A stretch of 12,702 nt of DNA from Candidatus Bathyarchaeia archaeon (GTDB taxonomy: Archaea; Thermoproteota; Bathyarchaeia; Bathyarchaeales; Bathycorpusculaceae): positions 1-12,702 of the forward strand of contig JBEKHN010000030.1 of the NCBI GenBank assembly GCA_050012255.1. Direction: 5' to 3'. Shown one piece after another: positions 1-7,367 of the stretch. Under the pieces are notes generated by a model. That model had not been told where the DNA came from, did no database searches, and worked only from the letters and a program-made list of their open reading frames with translations. Numbering within the stretch: the stretch's first letter is position 1; each line of letters opens with the position of its first letter. A program made the translations under genes and the position numbers.

Positions 1-72
1 GGAGTGGCCTGGGAAGAGAGACTCCTGGGTTTTCCTAAGGGATTCTAGAAAAGAAAGAACGGGGGGAGGAGG

Positions 73-102
73 ACACACACACACGCGCGCACGCACACGC
101 AC
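73..102. repeat. Alternating purine-pyrimidine microsatellite (RC)15: ACACACACACACGCGCGCACGCACACGCAC
   Basis: Directly visible 30-bp run of (A/G)C dinucleotides, flanked by purine-rich sequence. Confidence 0.9.
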
Positions 103-305
103 AGGGAGTGAGGGTGTGATAGTGAAGGACGAGGCAATGGAATTGACAAAATCGTCAATAAGATTTCGAGGTACAAGGGCCTGCTAACATCACAATTCCC
201 ATTTGGTGAACAAAGGACCGCGCGGCCTTGACATATGCATTCCATAGCTCACTGTATATTCGTTCCCTGAGATATTTGCGCTGATCGATAGCTCGAGCCT
301 CAAGC

Positions 306-2714
306 TCACAACTTTTCTCTTATATATTCAACCTGCATTTTCCAATTTGCGATTATGTTGTCCATGAATCTCACATTGCCGAATTCTGAAAAAGACAGCT
401 CAGGATTGCTCTTAAGCTCATCATCTTCCATTTGCTTCAGATACTTGAGGAACGTATGAGTACGTTCGAATCTTGCCTCCATGCGATCCTTCTTGTTCAG
501 TATAGAATCAGCGTTCAATCCTCTCCTCAGAGCTTTGAGGGTTTTTTCTTCACAGATCGGAGTATCCATAAATACCAAGTCAATGTAAGGAAAGCTGTGG
601 GCGAGTTCTTCAAGATAGTACAAACCAGTCGCAGTTATCTTGACATATTGGGCTGTCTTGAAACCTTCTTTGCTCTGGTTGTCGTATTCGACCAACCCGA
701 ATTGCGACAGTCTGCCCATGCAGTCTTCAATTGCCTTGCGGCTTATTCCGGCCACTTCAGCGTCTTCGATGATTTGGTTAATATCTATGAAACCCTTGTC
801 AAGTGCGATGAAGTAGTTCATCCTTTTGCTGAGATAAGCTAGAACTCTGAGGTGAAGAAAATAACTATACGTATGTTGAGGGTTTACGGAAAATACGTTC
901 ATTACACTACTGTGGGAGCTCGAGTAGTACTTGTAGTCTTCTAAAACTATGGATTTTATGATATGATGTAGAGGGATTTGATAATGCTTGTACTCTGGGG
1001 TTTCAGGTGGAAGGCTGGTCTCTACATCTATCATTTCTTCAACGTCTGTGTTCCCGGATGTCATGAAAGCGTTTATGAAGCGTAGCGCTTGTCTCATATC
1101 GCCCCCTGACACGTCATTTATGAATCGCAAAATCTCCTTTCCTACTCTTCGGCTCTCTCTTATAGAGTAGTTGATAATCGTGAAGAACATTTTGACAACA
1201 ATCCATTCACCCAGTGGGCTAACATCCAGCGATGCTCTTTCCCGTTCTTGCGTGGTTAGAAATTCCTGCGTATATTCGATTCTTTTCCGGATCAATTCCT
1301 CAAAGTTTGGTGATTCTATGTGAAACTTTGGCAAGTGATAGGCGTCCAACACGCCTGATCTAGTTGATTTGAAAAAAGACTCTTCACGAAGTGTGACAAA
1401 GGTAATAGTCTTGAACTTATTCGCAAAGTATTGAGAATATTCGAATACTCTTTCCTGATATTTTGGTGTAGTGTAACTATGTTGATCAACATTGTCTAGG
1501 ACGATTGCGATCGTATAGGATTGATATCTGAGCATGGAGAAGAACGCCAGCAGGCTTTCACCGTTAGCAGTGACAGAACTTACGCCAACAGCCTTCAGCG
1601 AGTCTTCCAACCTTTTCCTGTATCTCTCTTGATATTCATGAACAATACTGTCGAAGATGAAACCTTCAATCTCAGAAATATCAGGCGGGGAGACTCCGAA
1701 ATCAACATAGAACCATAGAATGTCTTTTCTGTCGGACATTACGACCTTGAAATAGTGATGGATAAAGGTTGTCTTGCCAGATCCCACACCTCCGAGAAGC
1801 ATGATGACCGAACCGAGCCCTCCTTCTTTTCTAAGAAATTCCCTGCATTTCTCAAAACTTAATTGGAACTCTCCGGCCTCTGTCTCCGTTTCTTTGAACC
1901 AGTTTATGTCGTAATGTTTTGCATAGTACGGCAACTTGTCAAAACTCGTACGAAGGACGTTGTCTGTGTTGCGAATCTGTTTTTGTCTTACGTAGCATTT
2001 CCTGAGGACATCAATCTGTGAATCCTTTGTTATGTCTTTAAAAATATAAGGAACAATCGTGGTCAAACGAGCCGCTAGCACATTCCAGCCAACGGTTGCA
2101 CTTTCGTTGTGAACAAAATCTAGGGGTCTCTTGAACTCTAACGAAACCAATTCTTTAGCCACGTTCTTTTTCAAGGAACCCCCAATCACCGCTGGCTTAC
2201 TCAAGATGCCAAAGAACAAAGAGAAATTGTTGACAATGTCTTCGACAGAAGAAAAGGCTACACAAGATCCTTCTCTCCACTTGCCAAATCGTCTAAAAGC
2301 TTCAAAAATAACAAATTGATGCCCATTACTGATAACCGCATATGTTGCTCCTATTTCTGTACAATACGCTTGAACTTGATTGATGGCTTCACTAATCTTT
2401 TTGTCTGTCGAGATAGCTCCATTTATCTTGTATCGTCTCTTCTTTAGAGCTTCAGAAATGATGAAAGAATAGCCGACTTTTTTTGCTTCAAGCACAAAAA
2501 CAGGTCGATCGTCAATCTTGAAAGTGTAGTCTATGAATCCTTTATGAATGTGTTCTTCTCTAGTTATGTCATCTTCAGTCCAGCCTAGGCAATCTTTAAA
2601 AATGGGATCTAAGATTTTCGCTCTTGAATCTGATTCCGACAAAGACAATTCTTCAAAAGTGCCCGCAAGCTTCTTGAAACACGCATATGCATTATCTATG
2701 TCAAGGGCAAGCAT
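306..2714 (-). CDS. Type I restriction HsdR-N-like PD-(D/E)xK nuclease fused to a P-loop/AAA+ ATPase and C-terminal winged helix (putative defence protein, 802 aa)
   Basis: N-terminus has the HSDR_N pattern: ESDSRAKILDPIF..LGW, FIDY...VLEAKK, QVQAYC, YAVISNG. Walker A is GGVGSGKT and Walker B is IAIVLDNVD. SGGDMRQAL resembles the Cdc6/RFC sensor-2 motif. C-terminal ISRKAIEDCMGRLSQFGLVE...VKITATG resembles a wHTH. Confidence 0.8.
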   Translation of the reverse strand: MLALDIDNAYACFKKLAGTFEELSLSESDSRAKILDPIFKDCLGWTEDDITREEHIHKGFIDYTFKIDDRPVFVLEAKKVGYSFIISEALKKRRYKINGAISTDKKISEAINQVQAYCTEIGATYAVISNGHQFVIFEAFRRFGKWREGSCVAFSSVEDIVNNFSLFFGILSKPAVIGGSLKKNVAKELVSLEFKRPLDFVHNESATVGWNVLAARLTTIVPYIFKDITKDSQIDVLRKCYVRQKQIRNTDNVLRTSFDKLPYYAKHYDINWFKETETEAGEFQLSFEKCREFLRKEGGLGSVIMLLGGVGSGKTTFIHHYFKVVMSDRKDILWFYVDFGVSPPDISEIEGFIFDSIVHEYQERYRKRLEDSLKAVGVSSVTANGESLLAFFSMLRYQSYTIAIVLDNVDQHSYTTPKYQERVFEYSQYFANKFKTITFVTLREESFFKSTRSGVLDAYHLPKFHIESPNFEELIRKRIEYTQEFLTTQERERASLDVSPLGEWIVVKMFFTIINYSIRESRRVGKEILRFINDVSGGDMRQALRFINAFMTSGNTDVEEMIDVETSLPPETPEYKHYQIPLHHIIKSIVLEDYKYYSSSHSSVMNVFSVNPQHTYSYFLHLRVLAYLSKRMNYFIALDKGFIDINQIIEDAEVAGISRKAIEDCMGRLSQFGLVEYDNQSKEGFKTAQYVKITATGLYYLEELAHSFPYIDLVFMDTPICEEKTLKALRRGLNADSILNKKDRMEARFERTHTFLKYLKQMEDDELKSNPELSFSEFGNVRFMDNIIANWKMQVEYIREKL

Positions 2715-2922
2715 AGGTTCAAGATATAATTAAACTGACTTATTACTTTTTCTTTTGGCGCGCACTCCGTCTTGGTCCTAACTTGTAGCCAGCAGGCAGA
2801 ACGTACCTGAGGTCGTTTATGACACTTGCAGGTTTGTGACGGCGGCCGGAAAAGACGTGGTGATAAGTTGAATGGAGAAAAAGGGTATGATCGTGCTTGG
2901 AGAATGGTTTCATAAATAAGAC

Positions 2923-3036
2923 CTAACGATATCTTCGCCTCAAATACTGCTGCCTTTTCAATTCTGCTTTCCTTTTTGAATGTCGGGCGAGATGCCTTCC
3001 TGAACTTCCTACCACTTTTATACCGCCTTTTCGCAT
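2923..3036 (-). CDS. Small basic peptide, 37 aa (MRKGGIKVVGSSGRHLARHSKRKAELKRQQYLRRRYR); below ORF-track cutoff
   Basis: Hand translation. Same strand and K/R-rich composition as the upstream operon, but no obvious RBS. Confidence 0.35.
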   Translation of the reverse strand: MRKGGIKVVGSSGRHLARHSKRKAELKRQQYLRRRYR

Positions 3037-3049
3037 AAGTTGGACTTTA

Positions 3050-3213
3050 GCAGCTCTTGGGCAACGACACAGGTATGAGCTGCCAAGGCCCGTTCCCCAC
3101 GCTCATTTTGCGAGGCGTATTTGACTTACTCACTGCCCCGCAGGGGAGATTGGAGATGTCAGGAAGAGCCTGCGGGGCATTTGCCGTTAGACTTGAGTTG
3201 GCGAGTCTGACGG
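3050..3213 (+). other. Cluster of stem-loops (possible structured RNA, terminator or origin element)
   Basis: Three stems: GCAGCTC 3050-3056/GAGCTGC 3077-3083; a perfect 11-bp TGCCCCGCAGG 3134-3144/CCTGCGGGGCA 3169-3179; and a 12-bp stem 3184-3195/3202-3213 with two G-U pairs on the + strand. Confidence 0.45.
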
Positions 3214-3220
3214 ACTCTAC

Positions 3221-3313
3221 TTAGAACTTTTGTGGGGCTTTACTTCGTCTTAGCGGGGCTAAACGCATCCCACCATAGTTCTTGCTTTTTGCTCCTTTCA
3301 GTCGTCTTGGCAT
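3221..3313 (-). CDS. Small basic peptide, 30 aa (MPRRLKGAKSKNYGGMRLAPLRRSKAPQKF); below ORF-track cutoff
   Basis: Strong RBS GAGGTGA (overlapping the upstream stop) 6 nt before the ATG; continues the operon. Confidence 0.55.
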   Translation of the reverse strand: MPRRLKGAKSKNYGGMRLAPLRRSKAPQKF

Positions 3314-3319
3314 TTGTTG

Positions 3320-3961
3320 TCACCTCTTTACCTTTCCGTTCAGTTCTACCGACTTTTGTCCCAGAATTACAATTGGCACCTTTTTGATCCCGAGATCCAT
3401 GGCTGTCTTCATTCTATGGCGAAAATCGTGAGAGGCATACGGCCCTTTCATTTCGCTGTAGTCCAGAAAGCCCACCGGCAGCACCTTTCCTGATAGCATT
3501 GCTTTCTTTGCGTATGCCAGGCTCTCTTGGTCGTATTGGTCTCTGCGCTGGACTACTGCCGGTATTTTAACGCTGACAGTTGAAGGAACTCTTCCGAGCC
3601 ATTCCTGCGGCGTTGCCCATTCTATCTTTGCGCTCAGCCCTTTTCTTATTGCCTGTCTCTTCAAGAGTTCAATGCTTGCTGCGCTTGCTCTCCATACCGC
3701 ACCGTCAATGCCTTTTGAGCTTTCTATGAAAGATCCGAGAGAAGGACTCTCGGCCCCGCCGACAGAAGTCTTGGCTATTACAGAGGCTTTAGGTTCTTTC
3801 TCAAGGGCTTTCAAAGCAGCAGGAGACATTACGGATTGAGCAGAACGTATGTTCCCTTTTGACTTCCATTTCTTAGGCGCGGGTCTCGAAGTTGCATCGT
3901 ATGTCAGAAAGTGTTGGCCGTCAGAATGTCTACTGCGCCATCTTCGTTTCATGAGACTCAA
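3320..3961 (-). CDS. Basic protein with C-terminal ParB/Srx-like domain (213 aa)
   Basis: C-terminal LPVGFLD...SHDFRHRMKTAMDLGIKKVPIVI resembles the ParB DGxHRxxAxxxLG..VPV motif. N-terminal WRSRHSDGQHF motif is shared with the upstream ORF. Start may be the ATG at 3952. Confidence 0.6.
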   Translation of the reverse strand: MSLMKRRWRSRHSDGQHFLTYDATSRPAPKKWKSKGNIRSAQSVMSPAALKALEKEPKASVIAKTSVGGAESPSLGSFIESSKGIDGAVWRASAASIELLKRQAIRKGLSAKIEWATPQEWLGRVPSTVSVKIPAVVQRRDQYDQESLAYAKKAMLSGKVLPVGFLDYSEMKGPYASHDFRHRMKTAMDLGIKKVPIVILGQKSVELNGKVKR

Positions 3962-3968
3962 TCCCTGT

Positions 3969-4958
3969 TCAGCTTAGTCTCCGGAGTGCTCTCTGCGCTC
4001 TTCTGAGCTGTCGTTTGACCTTCCTGAGAGCCGTGCTCGGGCTCTGCTCTTCTGGAGCTGTGTCTTCTGCTTCCTTAGAGCCAAATACACTGCTCTGGAA
4101 AGGCCTGCTTGAGGTCCGCCTTCTCCTTTCTGCCTCTGATCTGGTCATTGGCGCTGCTCTGGCTTTTGCTTCAGCTGCTCTTCTTTCTCTCAATGCTTTC
4201 CATTCTTCAGCTGTGTATCCGGCGAATGCGGAAGGTTCTGATGGTTTTGCAGCCCTAACCGGTTCAGCTCCTGCAACTCCTATCCTTTGGAGCCTTGAGG
4301 CTTCGGCCAGTATTTGCTCTTCTGTTTGCCCTTCCGTTGTTGGAGTCCTTGGTGCGCCTTCTCTTCTTGCTTTCTCAAGCTCGTAGACGTCTCTTGCTTC
4401 GCCAGGAATCCTTGCAATTCTTCCTGCTTCCCTTGCTGTTTTTACTGCTGCCTTTTCTGCGAATGCTATACCTCTCTTTGCGTAGCTAGGTATCTTCTCC
4501 ACACCCGCCTTAATTGCTGAGGCGAACTTGTGTGCTCCACCTGAAATGGCGTGGGCTATTTCTGAAAGGCTCGGGTCGACTATGACTATCTCGTCAACGT
4601 CTTCGGGGTCGTATTTCATCATGTTCTTGTGCGCTATGAAGAAAGCTTGGTGCCAATTTTGTGCCATTAGAGGGATCTCTTCTCTGGTGCCGTCTTTGAG
4701 CTTTATACCGATCATGAAGCCCTTCACGCCTTTTGCTTCCATGTCGCGTTCTGCCTTAACCGCTTCAAGCTCTAGAGAAGTAACATTTGCCTTGTCTCTA
4801 TGCGCCATTGTCTTCCAGTGTCTTGGACTCATCGGTGCCTTCTGCCCGACTTGAAAATGCTGGCCGTCTTTATGGCGTGAGAGCCATGTGCCTGGTTTGT
4901 AGGCTCTGTGGACGTTTGCGGACAAATATTGGCGTTTGGTTCTTGTTTGGGCTGTCAT
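3969..4958 (-). CDS. Hypothetical basic Ala/Arg/Lys-rich protein (329 aa), virus-like
   Basis: Long ORF with ATGA overlap to the upstream gene, an N-terminal WLSRHKDGQHF motif and a low-complexity C-terminal half. Confidence 0.8.
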   Translation of the reverse strand: MTAQTRTKRQYLSANVHRAYKPGTWLSRHKDGQHFQVGQKAPMSPRHWKTMAHRDKANVTSLELEAVKAERDMEAKGVKGFMIGIKLKDGTREEIPLMAQNWHQAFFIAHKNMMKYDPEDVDEIVIVDPSLSEIAHAISGGAHKFASAIKAGVEKIPSYAKRGIAFAEKAAVKTAREAGRIARIPGEARDVYELEKARREGAPRTPTTEGQTEEQILAEASRLQRIGVAGAEPVRAAKPSEPSAFAGYTAEEWKALRERRAAEAKARAAPMTRSEAERRRRTSSRPFQSSVFGSKEAEDTAPEEQSPSTALRKVKRQLRRAQRALRRLS

Positions 4959-5206
4959 TTGCGGAGCCCCCGGAGTGTTTTGGCTAAACGAGCAGCCTTA
5001 GCAATCGATCCGGACTTCTCAGCGACGCTTCTCAGCACACTTGACTTGATCCGAAGTCTGCCTTTAGCGCCTGATTCAAAGCTGGCCGATCCGTATTCTC
5101 TCCGGATGTATTTTCTCAGTCTGCATCTGCGCTTCTTTGGTATAGCCTTCTGGATCCATTTCTTCCTGTTAGTGCCGTACCTGTTTTGCCTGTGCTTCTC
5201 TCGCAT
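4955..5206 (-). CDS. Small highly basic protein (83 aa, MREKH...), resembling small basic phage proteins of the KKWIQKAI...ARLAxTL type
   Basis: ATG at 5206 lies 2 nt after the stop of the 5209-5391 ORF, so it is a better start than 5341. KKWIQKAI and AKAARLAKTLRGL recall a phage hypothetical family (from memory, unverified). Confidence 0.7.
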   Translation of the reverse strand: MREKHRQNRYGTNRKKWIQKAIPKKRRCRLRKYIRREYGSASFESGAKGRLRIKSSVLRSVAEKSGSIAKAARLAKTLRGLRK

Positions 5207-5208
5207 TT

Positions 5209-5391
5209 TCAAAAGCTCCCCCGGATTGCGTTGCGTCTCTTGCCGTGCATTAGCTTCGACTTGCGCCTGATCTTCGTGGTGCCCAGTTTCTCGAGACCTT
5301 TCCATGGGTTTTTGAACTTCTGTCCGTGCCTCTTTGCCCATTTGTAATCGCGTTGGTATTTCCGTTGTTTTCTCGGATTTTTGTAGACCAT
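5209..5391 (-). CDS. Small highly basic protein (60 aa), first gene of leftward operon
   Basis: GAGGT RBS at 5404-5400 and TATA box at 5436-5429 upstream; very K/R-rich. Confidence 0.75.
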   Translation of the reverse strand: MVYKNPRKQRKYQRDYKWAKRHGQKFKNPWKGLEKLGTTKIRRKSKLMHGKRRNAIRGSF

Positions 5392-5428
5392 TTTGTCTAA
5401 CCTCGGCCGCGGGCGACCACTAAACCGC

Positions 5429-5436
5429 TATAAAAA
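5429..5436 (-). promoter_or_regulatory. Archaeal TATA box (TTTTTATA) for leftward operon
   Basis: About 25 bp upstream of the GAGGT RBS of the 5391 ORF. Confidence 0.6.
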
Positions 5437-5592
5437 GCTTGTCTAACTGTGCTGCTAAACGGGTTTCAAAAATACAAAGGTTTAACCATCAGGACTTCGA
5501 TTAACCTTAAATTCCTTCAAATCGTTTGAATTTCAACCAGAAAAGAAAAATAACAATGAATTCAAACCGGGTATTCAGTGACCGTGAAAACG

Positions 5593-5632
5593 TTTATATA
5601 TGTGAACGTGATGGACGGTCGGTTTCGAGGTG
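5593..5632 (+). promoter_or_regulatory. Archaeal BRE/TATA (GAAAACG-TTTATATA) plus GAGGTG RBS for rightward operon
   Basis: TTTATATA at 5593-5600, GAGGTG at 5627-5632, in-frame TTG at 5638. Confidence 0.65.
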
Positions 5633-5637
5633 GTTTT

Positions 5638-5895
5638 TTGAAGACATATAAACGCAGGTCAGCGGAGCGGCTAGACCTCAGAAATTTCAAATTCCCGCCA
5701 AAACAAAAACAAGTGCACGACGGATTGCTGAAAGGCTTCTTGGTGGGTCTCAGACCGGGCACTGACGAATACAGAGAAGCGCACAGAAAGGCTGTCATGA
5801 TATGGCGTCTTGCGGGCAGAGACAAACGGAACCCAAATTACGGGAAACGCAAGTGGAAAGGAAAAAGAAAGGCTAAGACAGGTGAGAAGGCGTGA
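5638..5895 (+). CDS. Small basic hypothetical protein (85 aa; start revised from 5578 to TTG 5638)
   Basis: TATA and RBS positions favour the TTG at 5638; K/R-rich; GTGA overlap with the next gene. Confidence 0.7.
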   Translation: MKTYKRRSAERLDLRNFKFPPKQKQVHDGLLKGFLVGLRPGTDEYREAHRKAVMIWRLAGRDKRNPNYGKRKWKGKRKAKTGEKA

Positions 5896-6266
5896 GCCCT
5901 TACGAAAAAGTGCACGACAGGCCTGCTAACTACGAGCTTGCAAAGAGCATGTATGAGCTGATAGTTTGGATCAATGATGAAGGAACAGGCAATCTCAAGA
6001 AAGACAGAGCGCTGTGGACAATAAGAAAGGGCTTTTCTCCATCAACCGGCGAGAAACAATGGACACTTCTGAGAGACGCCGAAGCAATATCTGAGAACGG
6101 AGGACACTACATAAAGCTGCCTCTGTTCTACACGCTGCTGAAAGAAGCCTACAGAGCAATAAGACCTGATATCAAAGAAAGCACAAGCGAAACGCCTTTC
6201 ACAGATGCCATCAATAAGCGCCGGGAAACAATAAAGCGCAATCTAGAGAAGCTGGGGCATAAGTAA
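5892..6266 (+). CDS. Hypothetical protein (124 aa)
   Basis: GGTGAG RBS-like sequence, GTGA overlap upstream and TAATG overlap downstream. Confidence 0.75.
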   Translation: MSPYEKVHDRPANYELAKSMYELIVWINDEGTGNLKKDRALWTIRKGFSPSTGEKQWTLLRDAEAISENGGHYIKLPLFYTLLKEAYRAIRPDIKESTSETPFTDAINKRRETIKRNLEKLGHK

Positions 6267-6667
6267 TGACCACACAGACAATCCCATTATGGAGACCGAA
6301 GACTCTAACTGGACGACCGATAGGTGGAAAGCAAGGTAGATTCCGCGTTTTGGAGTTGACAGTTTACTTCGACTACGTCGCTGGCAAAGGAGAAAGCCAG
6401 GACAGAGAATTCGAGTTCACGTTGAGAATTCCGTTGACGAAGAGAAACAGCCGAAGGAACATGTTGTTCTGGGAATTCGTAGCCGCAACCAAAATGGAAG
6501 CAGTGGGAATCCACATTCAAGGCGAAAACTGGGACGAGGGAATCGTTGGATACCGATACACCGGGAGGACAAATAGTTACAAACCGCGATACATTTGCTT
6601 AAACAAAAAGACGAACTGGTGCATGCCCAAGTCCGGCGGTTGGGGCACTCTGTGGTGGCCATGGTGA
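6266..6667 (+). CDS. Hypothetical protein (133 aa), aromatic/Trp-rich
   Basis: Translationally coupled within the operon; no recognisable family. Confidence 0.75.
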   Translation: MTTQTIPLWRPKTLTGRPIGGKQGRFRVLELTVYFDYVAGKGESQDREFEFTLRIPLTKRNSRRNMLFWEFVAATKMEAVGIHIQGENWDEGIVGYRYTGRTNSYKPRYICLNKKTNWCMPKSGGWGTLWWPW

Positions 6668-6981
6668 TAACCGTCGACATAGATTCTCCCAGCAAAGCAA
6701 AACTGTTGTCAACATACCGCAAAGCGCTGAGCTACGGAAGAACAAAGGTGACAAAAACGGCACACGGAGGTTTTCATCTCAGGATCGACAGCGACATTGA
6801 AGACCCACTGGAGATAATCCGGATCCGCAGACTTCTCGGAGACGACCCAAAGCGCATAGAGCACGACAAAATCCTCATACTTCTTGGACATCCTGAGCTG
6901 GCAAACAGACTCTTTGAAGCCAAGAAAGTGAACGGGAAGTACGTAAAAGAAAGACCGTTTGAAATGGAGGGAGACAAATGA
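6661..6981 (+). CDS. Minimal archaeo-eukaryotic primase (AEP/PrimPol)-like protein (~106 aa)
   Basis: ITVDID (motif I hhhDxD), KTAHGGFHL (motif II sxH), LLGDD (candidate motif III). ATG 6661/GTG 6664 overlaps the upstream stop. Confidence 0.55.
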   Translation: MVITVDIDSPSKAKLLSTYRKALSYGRTKVTKTAHGGFHLRIDSDIEDPLEIIRIRRLLGDDPKRIEHDKILILLGHPELANRLFEAKKVNGKYVKERPFEMEGDK

Positions 6982-7175
6982 AAGATGAGAACAAAATGCC
7001 GATAGTGCCGCACGAAATAATCATAGTGGGCCCAGAACAGGATCTTCAAAAGCTCGTAATGAAGGCCAACGATGCGCTTGAAGGTTGCATGCAGACCTAC
7101 GTAAACAACGTGCAGCTCTACGAGTCAACCAAGGGATGGATAGTCATGATCTGGTATAAACTCGTCGGACACTGA
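6978..7175 (+). CDS. Hypothetical protein (65 aa)
   Basis: GGAGG RBS and ATGA overlap with the upstream stop. Confidence 0.7.
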   Translation: MKDENKMPIVPHEIIIVGPEQDLQKLVMKANDALEGCMQTYVNNVQLYESTKGWIVMIWYKLVGH

Positions 7176-7186
7176 GGCGAAGATCT

Positions 7187-7363
7187 ATGACATACTCCGA
7201 GATCAGGCTTGCGAAGAGACTGATAGCCACGGCCGGAATGAAATGTTACTGCGGATCTACCGACATTTGGAGAGCAGGCTTCGACGTGACACCGGAAGGA
7301 CGAAGACAGCGCTACCAGTGCAAGAAATGCGGCCGCTATTTATTCAAAAACAAAGAGGGTTAG
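7187..7363 (+). CDS. Zn-ribbon protein, IS1 InsA-like (58 aa); below ORF-track cutoff
   Basis: Hand translation MTYSEIRLAKRLIATAGMKCYCGSTDIWRAGFDVTPEGRRQRYQCKKCGRYLFKNKEG: CxCGS...G...QRYxCxxCGR. GAGG RBS; fills the operon gap. Confidence 0.8.
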   Translation: MTYSEIRLAKRLIATAGMKCYCGSTDIWRAGFDVTPEGRRQRYQCKKCGRYLFKNKEG

Positions 7364-7367
7364 AGAC

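Noticed and set aside
45-245. 66-aa ORF with CVCVRACVCV
   Set aside because: Translation of the microsatellite; no evidence of coding.
432-2733. + strand ORFs 432-842, 988-1170, 1521-1718, 2131-2319 and 2548-2733
   Set aside because: Antisense shadows of the 802-aa gene with no motifs.
2776-2873. Integron attC-like site (CCTAAC...GTTGAAT)
   Set aside because: Poor R-box match, no convincing internal dyad, and no integron integrase.
3050-3217. tRNA, SRP RNA, RNase P RNA or hammerhead ribozyme
   Set aside because: No T-loop or cloverleaf, SRP helix-8, GAGGAAAGUCC or CUGANGA/GAAA core was found.
4015-5270. + strand Ser/Leu-rich ORFs
   Set aside because: Antisense shadows of the purine-rich minus-strand operon.
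5207-5341. N-terminal extension of the 128-aa ORF, or a programmed frameshift with the 60-aa ORF
   Set aside because: An ATG at 5206 directly after the 60-aa stop gives a simpler pair of coupled genes.
7187-7363. IS1 element
   Set aside because: An InsA-like Zn ribbon only; there is no InsB/DDE domain or IS terminal repeats, and the gene is embedded in an operon.
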